NCBI GenBank assembly: GCA_018303825.1
Contig: JAGVXK010000020.1
Location: 8,569 to 72,568 of the forward strand
Length of the DNA: 64,000 nt
Source of the DNA: Candidatus Pacearchaeota archaeon
GTDB lineage: Archaea > Nanobdellota > Nanobdellia > Pacearchaeales > GW2011-AR1
Direction of reading: 5' to 3'
Positions 35,817 to 46,293 of this stretch are shown here, in pieces. Both the position numbers and the translations under genes were made by a program. The notes under the pieces were generated by a model that saw only the letters and a program-made list of their open reading frames with translations, ran no database searches and was not told the origin of the DNA. Within the stretch, counting starts at the first letter, position 1. Each line of letters opens with the position of its first letter.

Positions 35817-36029
35817 TTATTTTTGCTGGACTTCATAGCCGCCAAGGGCATCATAAGGCTGTTTTCCCTCTCCTCCGCCCTTCAGATATTTTTCCCCTCT
35901 TTCCTCAATACTATTGAATGGAAATGGGTAATAAGGCTTCCGGGCACCAATGCTTCTGCATCCACAATTAGAAGTTAAGACTACAATTCCTGCTGTGAGA
36001 AGAACTATCTTTAACAGCTTGCTTACCAT
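35817..36029 (-). CDS. Small lipoprotein-like protein
   Basis: MVSKLLKIVLLTAGIVVLTSNCGC...; ORF only. Confidence 0.35.
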   Translation of the reverse strand: MVSKLLKIVLLTAGIVVLTSNCGCRSIGARKPYYPFPFNSIEERGEKYLKGGGEGKQPYDALGGYEVQQK

Positions 36030-36084
36030 TTTTTAGGCAAGGATATGCTCTATTTAAGGGTTTTGATATTTAATAAATATTTTC

Positions 36085-36474
36085 TTATTCGAAAAATTGA
36101 GAAAATCTCTTTCCCTCTGTTTTTGCCTTCTTTAAAGAAATGACCCAATTTTTTCCAGAATCTTCTAACTGGCTTGGATTGATAAAAAGCCATCCTTCAT
36201 AATTAAATCTGACTGCTATAACTGGAATCAGCCCCATCGTGCTTGAAAATAAAATGAAATCTTCTATTTGTCTTTTTGTAATGTAAATAGAGGTCTTTTT
36301 TGATGATTTTGCTTCTATTGTATACGCTTTCTTTCCCAATTTTGCAGCCATTAAATCACAGGGAGAATCATCGTTTACTCCTGAACCTGCAACTCTAACA
36401 CATCTCCAGCCATTTTCGGTCAACAAGGAAAGTAATTCTCTCTCCACTCTTGAACCCTTTGCTTTGTTTGACAT
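36085..36474 (-). CDS. hjc: Holliday junction resolvase Hjc
   Basis: GSRVERELLSLLTENGW ... DLMA ... IEAKSS pattern of the archaeal Hjc nuclease fold. Confidence 0.8.
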   Translation of the reverse strand: MSNKAKGSRVERELLSLLTENGWRCVRVAGSGVNDDSPCDLMAAKLGKKAYTIEAKSSKKTSIYITKRQIEDFILFSSTMGLIPVIAVRFNYEGWLFINPSQLEDSGKNWVISLKKAKTEGKRFSQFFE

Positions 36475-36569
36475 ATTCCCTCTTTATATCAAATAGAATA
36501 ATTACTGAATATTAAAACCTATCTTATGTTAAATATTAAAAAAGTTGAAATTGAAATTAATAAATTTAT

Positions 36570-36743
36570 TTATAAATCTCGAGTCTGAAGGGTTCTTCTT
36601 CCGTTTGCCTTTGCTCTTCCAGCTGCATCCTTTAACAATGCAAGAACTTTTTCATTTAATGCCTCTGGAACATCCGAAGCAACATTCAAGTCAGAGGCTG
36701 CTTCTTTTATCTTGCTTTTCACAACCAGCATTACATTTGCCAT
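36570..36743 (-). CDS. Small histone-fold-like protein (DUF1931-like), 57 aa (below the ORF-track cut-off)
   Basis: MANVMLVVKSKIKEAASDLNVASDVPEALNEKVLALLKDAAGRAKANGRRTLQTRDL. Confidence 0.5.
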   Translation of the reverse strand: MANVMLVVKSKIKEAASDLNVASDVPEALNEKVLALLKDAAGRAKANGRRTLQTRDL

Positions 36744-36780
36744 TTTTATTTCCCTCCTTTTAGTTTTTTATTTGTAGACT

Positions 36781-38313
36781 TTACCTTTTTGTCTTCTTTT
36801 TTTGTATTTTCCCCATTTTCAATTCTTTTTTAATGAGCTTATCAAGAGGCTTCATGAACGGAAATGCGATTACATCTCTTATTGAAGGGGAATCTGTAAG
36901 AAGCATTACTAATCTATCAACTCCTAAACCTAGGCCTGATGTTGGAGGCATCCCTACTTCCAGAGCATTTACAAAATCAGAATCATAGGGGGCGGCTTCT
37001 TCATCTCCTCTTTTGATTAACTCTGCTTGTTTTAACAGAACTTCTTTTAGCCTTCCCGGGTCATTGAGCTCTGTATAATTGTTCCCCATTTCCCAGCCAT
37101 TAATTATGGGTTCAAACCTTTCGCATATCTCTTTATCTTTTTCCTTTGCCTTTGCTAAAGGAGATGTATCTGCAGGATAATCATAAATTATTGTTGGCTG
37201 GATTAATTTTGGCTGAACTAATTCTGAAAATATTTCTTCGACTGCCACTCCTTTGCTAAATTCATGCTTTAATATCAAATTATTCTTTTCCAGAGTTTCC
37301 TTTAATTCTTTTTCAGACATCTTGTCAACATCAAGGCTAGTATGCTTCCTGATGGCTTCATTCATAGTCATTCTTTTCCAAGACCTTTTCAATTCTATCT
37401 CCTTTCCTTGATAAGTTATCTTAGTTCTGCCAAGGACTTTTTTCGCAATAAACTCCACCATTTCTTCAAATAAGTCCATATTAGAATTATAATCTACGTA
37501 AGCCCACATAGTTTCCAAGATAGTGAACTCTGGATTATGAGTGGCATCTATTCCCTCATTTCTAAAAACTCTATTCATAGTATAAATCCTATCAAATCCC
37601 CCGACAATTAATCTTTTCAAGTATAATTCATTTGAAATTGCAAGATAAACATTCATCTTCAAACTATTAAGTTCTGTGATAAATGGTTTTGCAGCTCCGC
37701 CTCCGTAAAGTGGCTGCAACATAGGAGTATCTATCTCTATAAACCCTTTTGAGTTCAAAAATTCCCTTAATGAGTTAATTACCGCTGTTCTTTTTTGGAA
37801 GACAGATTTCACATCAGAATTAATGACTAAATCAATGTATCTTTTCCTGTATCTTTCTTCCTTGTCCTGAAGGCCATGCCATTTTTCAGGGAGAGGAAGA
37901 ATTGATTTTGTTAAAAGCTCAATATTTTTTACAGAAACAGACAACTCTCCTCTCTGCGTTCGAAAAATTGTGCCTTCAACTCCGACTATATCCCCTGAAT
38001 CAATATACTTCTTGCAAAAGTCAACTATCCTATTAGGTGTTTCTTTATCTTGCAAGACTACCTGGATTTTTCCAGTGCCATCCTGTAAAACTCCAAAAGC
38101 TATTTTTCCCATATCTCTTAAGGCCATTAATCTGCCTGCAACTTTTACATGGTCTTTTGTCTTTCCTTCCGCCTTTAACTTAGAATATTTTTCTTGGAGA
38201 TCTTTTGCATAATTTTTAACATCATATCTATTAGGATAGGGATTAACTCCTAGCTGCCTGAGCTCTTTTATTTTTCTCAACCTCTCCTCTATTATTTGGT
38301 CTTCTCTTCCCAT
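36781..38313 (-). CDS. lysS: Lysyl-tRNA synthetase, class II
   Basis: OB anticodon-binding N-domain plus class II motifs (FRNEG, GLGLGVDRLVML). Confidence 0.9.
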   Translation of the reverse strand: MGREDQIIEERLRKIKELRQLGVNPYPNRYDVKNYAKDLQEKYSKLKAEGKTKDHVKVAGRLMALRDMGKIAFGVLQDGTGKIQVVLQDKETPNRIVDFCKKYIDSGDIVGVEGTIFRTQRGELSVSVKNIELLTKSILPLPEKWHGLQDKEERYRKRYIDLVINSDVKSVFQKRTAVINSLREFLNSKGFIEIDTPMLQPLYGGGAAKPFITELNSLKMNVYLAISNELYLKRLIVGGFDRIYTMNRVFRNEGIDATHNPEFTILETMWAYVDYNSNMDLFEEMVEFIAKKVLGRTKITYQGKEIELKRSWKRMTMNEAIRKHTSLDVDKMSEKELKETLEKNNLILKHEFSKGVAVEEIFSELVQPKLIQPTIIYDYPADTSPLAKAKEKDKEICERFEPIINGWEMGNNYTELNDPGRLKEVLLKQAELIKRGDEEAAPYDSDFVNALEVGMPPTSGLGLGVDRLVMLLTDSPSIRDVIAFPFMKPLDKLIKKELKMGKIQKKKTKR

Positions 38314-38419
38314 TTTTATTATAAAGTTAAAAGGCCTTTATAAGCCTTATTTAATCAAAATTTGAACATTTAAATATCTTTAGTATATTTTGTAGAATTA
38401 TTATCTCTTGATAAATATT

Positions 38420-38656
38420 TTATAATAAATGCATCAGACCTTGCAATATCTTATTTGGCATCCCACTATTGTATTCCAATCTAACTCCTTCATATACTGG
38501 CGGCACCCCACTAACTTTGTCGATACCTTTTAGTTTTATATAAGGTAAAAGATTACTATTTTTTCCTTTAGGATACCTACTCTTATCCAAGTACATTATC
38601 AATTCAGAGAATTTTTCGTGCTCTAACTTGTCTATTTTTAGTTCTAGGAGTGCCAT
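38420..38656 (-). CDS. Hypothetical small protein
   Basis: ORF only. Confidence 0.35.
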   Translation of the reverse strand: MALLELKIDKLEHEKFSELIMYLDKSRYPKGKNSNLLPYIKLKGIDKVSGVPPVYEGVRLEYNSGMPNKILQGLMHLL

Positions 38657-38678
38657 GATTATATTGATAAATTAATTT

Positions 38679-38954
38679 CTAGAAATTAATTATCCTGAAA
38701 TCCTTAAAATCCTGCAATTTTTCCTCTTTTTGCTCAAAAGACCTTACTTGGGCATATTTTGGCCCCGCCTTGCATATATCTACGACAGTGTCAACATTTC
38801 CAGATTCGCCTTCCAAAAATATCTCAACTTTCCCATCGCTTTTTATCCTCAAAAAACCCCTAACATTATAGCCATCAGCCACATCTTTTATTGATTGCTT
38901 GTAAAATAAGCTCTGCATATTTCCAGTTAAAAACAATCTCATTGCCTTTTTCAT
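38679..38954 (-). CDS. Acylphosphatase-like protein
   Basis: 91 aa; ...VRGFLRIKSDGKVEIFLEG... resembles the acylphosphatase fold signature, first motif degenerate. Confidence 0.55.
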   Translation of the reverse strand: MKKAMRLFLTGNMQSLFYKQSIKDVADGYNVRGFLRIKSDGKVEIFLEGESGNVDTVVDICKAGPKYAQVRSFEQKEEKLQDFKDFRIINF

Positions 38955-39025
38955 AATTATACCTATTAATTGGAGTTAAAAAGGTTTATGGTAAAATAAA
39001 ATATAGTCCAAGCAAAGTAAAATTT

Positions 39026-39799
39026 TTACTTTATTAAGATGATGCTATTAGATCTCTTTGAACCCTCTTCTCTTGGGCTAAAAGATTCATCTAAAAGCTT
39101 CAAATGCTGGATTGATTTCCATTCTTTTCCTAAAAGTCTTGCTGCCTGTTTATCCATTTCAAGAGGCTGACCCGCTAGCAAAGAACCTTTTGCTGATGCG
39201 TCTATAATAGCAAGGTCAGGCATCTTTGCCTTTAATATATCATGAATTGCATATTTTATTGGTTCCTTTCTTATCTTTTTCTTTTTTGAGGAAAATACTC
39301 CCTTATAGAATGAAGAAGGGAATGCGCCAATCATAGAAGATAAGGAGCCTATCATCTCCAACTCTGCATCTTCATTCAAAAATGGAAGAGAGATGACAAA
39401 TGAGTCCATCAGAATTTCAGGATACATTATTCTATTAAATTTTAGAAATCCTCCATCCCGTATTTCTTTTGTTTCGGCGTCATTTAAATCAATTAATCCT
39501 ATTGAATACTTTTCAGACAGACCCTTGTATCCTAACTCATCGAACAAATCCATTGTTGATGCGCCATCTGCCCCCTCTGCTATGAATATTTGCGCTTCAG
39601 GATTTTTATGCTTCAAACAATACTGCAAAACAGACTCAACAAACTCTCCTTTGGTTGATTTTGCCAAATCTGAGGACAAATAAGGCTTCAACACTATCTT
39701 ATTATGCTTCTTTAACTCTTCATTCAGCTTAATCAAGGAAAGTAACTTAGGAACGGTGTCCTGATAACTTTTTAATTTAACAGATATCCCTTTTGCCAT
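39026..39799 (-). CDS. Hypothetical protein (DUF362-like)
   Basis: IVLKPYLSS ... IFIAEGADG pattern; weak. Confidence 0.45.
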   Translation of the reverse strand: MAKGISVKLKSYQDTVPKLLSLIKLNEELKKHNKIVLKPYLSSDLAKSTKGEFVESVLQYCLKHKNPEAQIFIAEGADGASTMDLFDELGYKGLSEKYSIGLIDLNDAETKEIRDGGFLKFNRIMYPEILMDSFVISLPFLNEDAELEMIGSLSSMIGAFPSSFYKGVFSSKKKKIRKEPIKYAIHDILKAKMPDLAIIDASAKGSLLAGQPLEMDKQAARLLGKEWKSIQHLKLLDESFSPREEGSKRSNSIILIK

Positions 39800-39895
39800 C
39801 TTTCTTTTTGATTTTTCCCGCTTTTAAATATTATTATGCTTCATCATAATGGCTATTTATCATCGTGTTTTTCAGATAAGAATACATATTTTCTA

Positions 39896-40485
39896 TTATT
39901 TGGAAGTTGACTTTAATTTTTTTATCTCTTCAAGCGCTTCTTTCCATCCAGTTACCCTAATTAAGTTAACATGATTGATTTTTTGATTCCATGGTTGATC
40001 AAATAAAATGACTTTTATTTCATTTTCTGCGCATTTAAGAGCAGTATCTGGAGCATCTTCAAGCAATACTGGAATTTTTAGTTCCTTGCATATCTCTGCT
40101 TTTGTTGCACTTTGCCCTTTATGAAAATCTCCAGCACTGATTATTTTTATTGTTCTTCTGATATGATGTTTTACCCGATTTTCTGCTCTATTTTTAAATC
40201 TGCTCGGTCTGGAAGTTATAATAAAAAGTTCGTTATTGGAAGAAAGATTTGTTATCGCCTCTTCTGCGCCTTCAATTGGTTTAACGTCTTCAAGATTATG
40301 TGTTTCATGTGAAATTCATCAACATTTTTTATGGCTTCCTCTCTGGTTTCTCCTAAGAGGGGCCACCATTTCCATTCTGGAAAATCCTCTTTTTTATACA
40401 GCTTTCCGGTTTTTTTATGATAAAAAATAAGAAGTGCAGTCATAAAGTCAGCAATTACTTCATCCAGATCCAAAGCAATTTTCAT
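39896..40485 (-). pseudogene. HAD-family 5'(3')-deoxyribonucleotidase-like gene interrupted by a 1-nt frameshift
   Basis: Frame 1: MKIALDLDEVIADF...EFHMKHI. Shifted frame continues ...LEDVKPIEGAEEAITNLSSNNELFIITSRP...LLEDAPDTALKCAENEIKVILFDQPWN... to TAA at 39896. Confidence 0.55.
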
Positions 40486-41099
40486 TTTAACTTTCCAGAA
40501 TCCTCTCTTCTGTCCAATTCATTATTGACAACAGCAATTGTTTGAGAGGCAAAATAGGTTCTTTTTCCTATAGTAACTGCCTTACATAGGGCTTTTAATC
40601 TTTTTAGCTCTTTTATTGGGAGACCTCTGTGGTCTCCGAGAACAAATATAGGATTTTCTTTTATTTCGCAAGTCCTGATATCTTCTCCATTGGGGTCAAG
40701 AACATAGATATTTCTCCCCTCTTTATGCAAATCATTCACAACTTCAAGGAAATTCTTCTTTTGAATCCAAAATCCCGGAAAAACCTCTCTTCTTTCTCCT
40801 TCTCTATATTTGTAAAGCATCTTTTTTAAAACTGCAGAAATATTTGTTTTTGACAGATAAATTTTATCAACTCCTGTTTCTCCTTCAGTAACTGGTTTTA
40901 TTTCCAAATGTCTTGGGGGTGTTGGAGGTCCGGCAAAGCATAAATGCAATTTTGCATCTGTTCTTATCTTATGTGACAAAAAGAAAGCAGCAATAACAGT
41001 ATGTATTGCTATGTCTATTCTTCCAGATTCCTGCAAATTCTCTCCAATGTAACTTCCTGAAGTTGGCGCTGTCCTTGAATAATAAATAAATTCCCTCAT
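40482..41099 (-). CDS. trmY: tRNA (pseudouridine54-N1)-methyltransferase TrmY-like SPOUT protein
   Basis: MREFIYYSRTAPTSG...GRIDIAIHTVIAAFFLSH typical of COG1901/DUF358. Confidence 0.65.
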   Translation of the reverse strand: MREFIYYSRTAPTSGSYIGENLQESGRIDIAIHTVIAAFFLSHKIRTDAKLHLCFAGPPTPPRHLEIKPVTEGETGVDKIYLSKTNISAVLKKMLYKYREGERREVFPGFWIQKKNFLEVVNDLHKEGRNIYVLDPNGEDIRTCEIKENPIFVLGDHRGLPIKELKRLKALCKAVTIGKRTYFASQTIAVVNNELDRREDSGKLK

Positions 41100-41139
41100 A
41101 GAATATTCTTGAATTTATAGGTTAAAAGGCTTTGGATTT

Positions 41140-41724
41140 TTACCTCTGCAACTTTTTCTTTATCACAGATTCTACAACATAAAGAGCAACGATTACACTT
41201 ATAGCCAAAAGAGCTATTTTGTGCAAGTCCTCGAATATATTTATAGCTGTAAAGAATGTATTTCCTATAAACCAGCCAAGAGAGAGCATTATGGCAGACC
41301 ATATTAAAATAGCCAAAGCATCAAGCAACAAAAACATCCAGAATGACTTTTTTCTTCTTGAAACTCTAAGAACACTTATAATTCTCAATCCATAAAGAAA
41401 TTTAGTAAACAACAGATAGAGAAAATCGTTTTCATGGCTGAATTTTTTTATTATATTTGTTGCATGCTTATACAATGCATATCTTTTTGATTTATTTTTT
41501 AATCTTTCAAATGTCTTTGTCCTTGCTATAAAGAACCAGAATATATCGGAGATTAAGATACCTAAAAATCCAATAACTGCCACTGCCCATATGCTCAACA
41601 AGCCATGCCCTGAAAGAATAGAGAAGAATATAAGCAGCTCTTCTCCGCCAAGCAAAGCAGCCAAAGAAACTATCCAATATGAGTATTGGACTAGAAGCAA
41701 AATAATCACCCCTAAAGTATTCAT
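41140..41724 (-). CDS. DedA/VTT-like membrane protein
   Basis: Multi-TM ORF with a ...GEELLIFFSILSG...ISDIFWFFIAR... pattern. Confidence 0.45.
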   Translation of the reverse strand: MNTLGVIILLLVQYSYWIVSLAALLGGEELLIFFSILSGHGLLSIWAVAVIGFLGILISDIFWFFIARTKTFERLKNKSKRYALYKHATNIIKKFSHENDFLYLLFTKFLYGLRIISVLRVSRRKKSFWMFLLLDALAILIWSAIMLSLGWFIGNTFFTAINIFEDLHKIALLAISVIVALYVVESVIKKKLQR

Positions 41725-41773
41725 TTCCTATAAAGGAGATTGGAGTTTATAAGGCTTATTTAATTTTTAATGT

Positions 41774-42637
41774 TTAATTGAAAACGAACTCTGCTCTTGC
41801 GATTATATCTCCTTCGTCTGCTTTGTGATAGACTCCAATAAAGATGTCTTTATTGAATATACAAAATCTATCAGTTATCTTATTATCCAATTCAATGTCT
41901 TTTTTGAATATTGGCTTTCCAGTCAATAATTCATGGATGAGCTTTTTGCCAGATATCTGAACTATAGGAAGAAGAGTTGAGATAATTTCTGCAGGAATTA
42001 CTATGTCTCTTAATGGCTTATCCTTTCCCTTATTATATTCTTCAACAGCCTTATCAAAATCATAGAGGCTTACTATTTTATCTTCTCTGAATAACCCTGC
42101 TTTGATCCTTCTTAATTCCAGCATGTGGGCTCCATTGATTCCCTGTTCTTTTCCCATATCATCTATTAATTTTCTTATGTATGTTCCAGCTTGGACTTCT
42201 GTTGAAAACAAGACATCTTTTCCAGACCTTTCCAAAATATCAAATGAAATGATTTCTCTTTCCCTTATTTGTCTTTTAACACTGCTTCTTACTGGAGGAA
42301 GCTGTTTTATTTTTCCTATAAACTTAGATATTGCATCTTTTATCTCTTTATCAAATACATTTTCTTTATGAAGACGCATAATCCCAACGTATGTTTTATT
42401 TTTATGCATAAAATAATCGCTTAACCTACAGGCTCTCCCCAATAGGATAGGAAGAACCCCTGTAACCATTGGGTCAAGTGTTCCCATGTGGGATGTTTTA
42501 TTCAGTTTCAACTGCTTTGCAATATAATTTGTAACTGAAAATGATGTTGGGCCTGTCGGCTTGTCTATATTAATCACTCCAAATTTGATAAGTTCTTCGA
42601 TTGGCTTTTCTTTTCTTATTTGCTCTATGTTTATCAT
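41774..42637 (-). CDS. cbf5: tRNA/rRNA pseudouridine synthase Cbf5 (TruB family, H/ACA RNP catalytic subunit)
   Basis: GVINIDKPTGPTS, GTLDPMVTGVLPI catalytic Asp motif, C-terminal PUA-like region. Confidence 0.9.
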   Translation of the reverse strand: MINIEQIRKEKPIEELIKFGVINIDKPTGPTSFSVTNYIAKQLKLNKTSHMGTLDPMVTGVLPILLGRACRLSDYFMHKNKTYVGIMRLHKENVFDKEIKDAISKFIGKIKQLPPVRSSVKRQIREREIISFDILERSGKDVLFSTEVQAGTYIRKLIDDMGKEQGINGAHMLELRRIKAGLFREDKIVSLYDFDKAVEEYNKGKDKPLRDIVIPAEIISTLLPIVQISGKKLIHELLTGKPIFKKDIELDNKITDRFCIFNKDIFIGVYHKADEGDIIARAEFVFN

Positions 42638-43587
42638 AATATGCTCCTTACTTCTTCTTCGCTTAATTTTACAGAATATCTTTCCTTGTTTAGCGCAAAA
42701 ATAAACTTGCCTTTCTTGTCCGCCTTCATAATCTCTATTATCTTATTTTTGTCCAGGTTTTCTGGAATAGATGTTGGAAGTCCAACTGATTTTAATCTGT
42801 TAATTATTATTTCAGAATCTTTTTTGTTCGTAATGCCTCGTTTGACTGCTAACTCTAACTCTTTTGCCATGCCTATCGAGATGGCTTCCCCGTGATTTAA
42901 TCCTGACAAGAGTTCGATTGCATGTCCGATTGTATGCCCGAAGTTGAGAACATGCCGGTATCCTGAATCAAAGGGATCTTTCTCTACTACTTCAGCCTTG
43001 CTTTTACAGCAGTCAAAGATTACTTTATCTAATTCTTTACTATCTATTTTTAGAGATATCTTTTTTATATCCGGCTTGCCGAAAAGATAGCTGTACTTTA
43101 TTACTTCAGATAAGCCGTTTTGCCATTCTTTTTCTTGAAGAGTCTCCAAAAATAAAGGATCAATTATAACTTCAAATGGCTGGTAAATAGTTCCAATGTA
43201 GTTCTTTTTTTCTCCGAGATTGACTCCATTCTTTCCACCGATACTGCTGTCTACCATTGCAAGCAATGTGGTTGGAATGTGAATCAATTTAACTCCTCTT
43301 TTGTATGTAGATGCAACAAATCCTGCAATGTCACCTACTACTCCCCCTCCGAAGGCAATAATTGTGTCATTATCTCTAATCTTTTCCAGGATTTCTTTGT
43401 AGACATCAATATCCTTGCTTTGCTCCCCTGATTTTATACAGAAAAAATCATCTTTAATCAATGATTTATATATTTCATATACATTTGAATCTGTTATTAT
43501 GAAGCCCCTTGGAAGCCCATTTTCCTTAATTAGGCCTTTTTCGATTTTAATTGTGTAAGATGGTTTTGTTTTTACAAATATTTTCAT
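42634..43587 (-). CDS. aroB: 3-dehydroquinate synthase-like (AroB family)
   Basis: GGGVVGDIAGFVASTYKRGVKLIHIPTTLLAMVDSSIGGKNGVNL...KNYIGTIYQP. Confidence 0.75.
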   Translation of the reverse strand: MKIFVKTKPSYTIKIEKGLIKENGLPRGFIITDSNVYEIYKSLIKDDFFCIKSGEQSKDIDVYKEILEKIRDNDTIIAFGGGVVGDIAGFVASTYKRGVKLIHIPTTLLAMVDSSIGGKNGVNLGEKKNYIGTIYQPFEVIIDPLFLETLQEKEWQNGLSEVIKYSYLFGKPDIKKISLKIDSKELDKVIFDCCKSKAEVVEKDPFDSGYRHVLNFGHTIGHAIELLSGLNHGEAISIGMAKELELAVKRGITNKKDSEIIINRLKSVGLPTSIPENLDKNKIIEIMKADKKGKFIFALNKERYSVKLSEEEVRSIL

Positions 43588-43595
43588 GATTCTTC

Positions 43596-44297
43596 TTATG
43601 AATTGCTGTTTAAATACGTTTTCCTCTGCTTTTCAGGAAGCTTTTCAATTGAATATCTTAGCATTGTCCGAGGCATTTTTTTATAATATGTATTAAGGAA
43701 TTTTATTAATTCATTTGTGTTTCTTTTTCCAATCTCCCTTAACATCCAACCCACTGCTTTGTAAATTAAATCGTGTTTGTCTTTCAACAAGAGCTCGGCT
43801 ATTTTCAATGCATCTTCAAAATCATTATTTCTTATGAATTCAAATGTGGAAAGAACTGCAATTCTTCTTTTCCATATATTTTTTGATTTTAGGAAATAAT
43901 AAAGAGAAGATTTATCTATTTTAAGGAGGAATTTACCTACAATGTTTGGCGCGGATAAGTCAACTAAGTCCCAATTATTGACATGTTTTATGTTTTTCAA
44001 ATAGAATGCATAAATTTCTTCCCTCATTTCTTGATGTTTTTGATAATTATAAACTAATAAAAGAAGGGCTATTAACCTTTCTTCGTGAATCTTTGACTTC
44101 ACTAAATCCTCTATGTCACGAAGGGGGAGATCCTTGAATTTTTTGACTATTTCTCTCTGCTTTGGAACTGTGATGCCAAGAAAAACATCTCCTTCTCCAT
44201 ATTCTCCCTTGCCTGTTTTAAAGAATCTTAAGAGAAGTTTGGCTTTTTTTGGATTAGCTGCTTTCCTTATCTCTTTTCTAATTAACTTTAGGGACAT
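43596..44297 (-). CDS. DNA alkylation repair protein (AlkD-like HEAT repeat)
   Basis: ~230-aa helical repeat protein, ...NNWDLVD... and WMLREIGK strings typical of the family. Confidence 0.7.
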   Translation of the reverse strand: MSLKLIRKEIRKAANPKKAKLLLRFFKTGKGEYGEGDVFLGITVPKQREIVKKFKDLPLRDIEDLVKSKIHEERLIALLLLVYNYQKHQEMREEIYAFYLKNIKHVNNWDLVDLSAPNIVGKFLLKIDKSSLYYFLKSKNIWKRRIAVLSTFEFIRNNDFEDALKIAELLLKDKHDLIYKAVGWMLREIGKRNTNELIKFLNTYYKKMPRTMLRYSIEKLPEKQRKTYLNSNS

Positions 44298-44325
44298 GAG
44301 AATAAAAGAAACTTAGACTATTTAA

Positions 44326-44874
44326 TTATTTTTTACCTTCTCTTTCTGAGAGTAAATTATGTTCATCAGGATATATTTTGTCCAGCATAACCCTGCAGGC
44401 ATCGCTTATAGATGAGTAAATTTTGATGTCCGGACACTCTCTTGCAAAACTTTTTCTTATGTAACTGCTACAGGGAAATCCATTTTCAACTCCGAGAACA
44501 AAATTGAATTTATCTCTCTGATATCTAACCATCCATTTGCCAAGCATAAACCTTGAAATCTGCGCATAATCGCTGTCATAATTATGCTCATCTTCTTCAG
44601 CAAGCCAGAACATTATGCCACCTTTTTTTGCAGCCCTTTCCAGGTAGAAATCGTCCCATTTCATTTGGTCATCATCCATCTCAGAATGGCTCAAGAGATT
44701 GTCCAACTCTGGATGCCTTCTTGGGGAAGCTATGTTTGCCTCTCTATTAATACTATGAATTATATCTATGGCTCTATCCTGCCATCTTCCAGTTCCTGCT
44801 CTGGGTCCTCCGAGAAATATCAGGGGACCTATTATTTTCCTGTAGTTTGGAGCAACTATTACTTTTCCTTTCAT
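44326..44874 (-). CDS. Hypothetical protein, possibly nucleoside 2-deoxyribosyltransferase-like
   Basis: LIFLGGPRAG...W...FWL pattern; weak. Confidence 0.4.
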   Translation of the reverse strand: MKGKVIVAPNYRKIIGPLIFLGGPRAGTGRWQDRAIDIIHSINREANIASPRRHPELDNLLSHSEMDDDQMKWDDFYLERAAKKGGIMFWLAEEDEHNYDSDYAQISRFMLGKWMVRYQRDKFNFVLGVENGFPCSSYIRKSFARECPDIKIYSSISDACRVMLDKIYPDEHNLLSEREGKK

Positions 44875-45060
44875 AAAACTATGCCAAACAAGAGATTTAT
44901 AATGCTTTCTATGTTGGGTTGTGTTAACTAAATTGGTGATAAAATTACAATTATAGACTATAAAGAATAATGTTCGTTGAACATAATGCTATAAATATTA
45001 ATAAATCTATAATCCTCTTTTAATTTAATGGAACGTATTAGTTAAAAACTAAATAAGATA

Positions 45061-45426
45061 TTAAGCCGCTGCAATTTTTTTACTAGGTTCAACAAGTTCC
45101 ACTCTTATGCCTTCAAGAACTTTCTCCAAGCCAAGAGTTAAATCAGAACCTAATCCCTGGGCATTTTTTATCATCAAATAATTATTTTCTAAGAATTCGG
45201 TATTTCCCCTGAATTCAGGAAGATTTATGTCATCAAAATATATTGCTGTTGCAACTGCCTGTTCTGCACGGTTATATATTGTTAATCTGCCTAGCTCACA
45301 TCCTTTTTTGCCCTTAAACACGGCTCTTAATCCATTTGATAAAACTAATTCGCTGTAATTCCTTCCGAATTCATTAAAATTTCTTTTGTTTTGCCAGTTC
45401 AAGGTTTTTTGTTGGGGATTTGTCAT
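45061..45426 (-). CDS. Hypothetical protein
   Basis: ORF only. Confidence 0.4.
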   Translation of the reverse strand: MTNPQQKTLNWQNKRNFNEFGRNYSELVLSNGLRAVFKGKKGCELGRLTIYNRAEQAVATAIYFDDINLPEFRGNTEFLENNYLMIKNAQGLGSDLTLGLEKVLEGIRVELVEPSKKIAAA

Positions 45427-45442
45427 TTTAAAAATGAAAAAT

Positions 45443-46021
45443 TTATTTCTGCAGGGCCATTCTTTGCGGATGACTCTTTTGTTTTTCTAATTTTGCCACA
45501 TGCTTTTGCTCTTTGGCTTTTGCCTCAAATTCTTTGCTTCTCTGCTCTGCTGTTGCTGTCTCTTTTTCCTTTTCATCTTTCTTCTGCTCTTCAGTCTTTC
45601 CTTCCTGTGCTGCTGGAACTTCCCTCTTTTTTTCTTTCTTATCTTCCTTTGCCTCTTCCTTCTTTTCAAATCTCTTCAATAATTTCTCATGCTTTGCTTT
45701 CAAAAATTTGACATGTGCTGGAAAATCAACTAATTCAACTCTTACTATGTTATCCTCTTTTACTGCTCTTACTTTTACTTTTGCTGGAGGATTTGCTCTT
45801 CCTCTGAACCAAAGTTCATTGTTTGAATATACATCCAACCTGACATTATTTACATCTCTATCAAGCACTTTCATGTGCTTGGCAATGAACTTCTTTATGG
45901 CTTTTATTGCCTTGCCAGTTCTCTCATACATTGGAGCTTTAAGCCACTCTTTTCTCAATGGAATTATATATTCTCTTTCCAGCTTTTTCGTTTCTGCTTT
46001 TGGTGTTTTTGTTTCTGCCAT
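45443..46021 (-). CDS. rpl31e: Ribosomal protein eL31 with ~100-aa Lys/Glu-rich C-terminal extension
   Basis: EREYIIPLRKEWLKAP...RTGKAIKAIKKFIAKHMK...VRLD...NELWFRG core; ATG at 46021 (track start is TTG). Confidence 0.85.
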   Translation of the reverse strand: MAETKTPKAETKKLEREYIIPLRKEWLKAPMYERTGKAIKAIKKFIAKHMKVLDRDVNNVRLDVYSNNELWFRGRANPPAKVKVRAVKEDNIVRVELVDFPAHVKFLKAKHEKLLKRFEKKEEAKEDKKEKKREVPAAQEGKTEEQKKDEKEKETATAEQRSKEFEAKAKEQKHVAKLEKQKSHPQRMALQK

Positions 46022-46022
46022 T

Positions 46023-46292
46023 TTATACAACCTCTGCTTCTAGCAAATCGATACCTATAATTCTTTTAATCCCTGCTAGGATGCTAGTTAAATCCTTTTC
46101 TGGAGCGATTATTTCGACTTTTGGTTTTTCAGTCTTTTGCAATATTAATCTTGCATTTTCATAGTTAAAAACAGCAGACATTCTATCGTATGAGATAGCA
46201 GTAGGATTTAGAACCCTGCCAACTACCCGATAAAATCTATCATATATTGTCTTGCTCAAGTTTATTGTCGTTACGTTTATTGTGTTTTTCAT
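46023..46292 (-). CDS. Hypothetical 89-aa protein embedded in the eS19-eL39-eL31 operon
   Basis: Tightly packed between eL39 and eL31; no motif recognised. Confidence 0.5.
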   Translation of the reverse strand: MKNTINVTTINLSKTIYDRFYRVVGRVLNPTAISYDRMSAVFNYENARLILQKTEKPKVEIIAPEKDLTSILAGIKRIIGIDLLEAEVV

Positions 46293-46293
46293 T

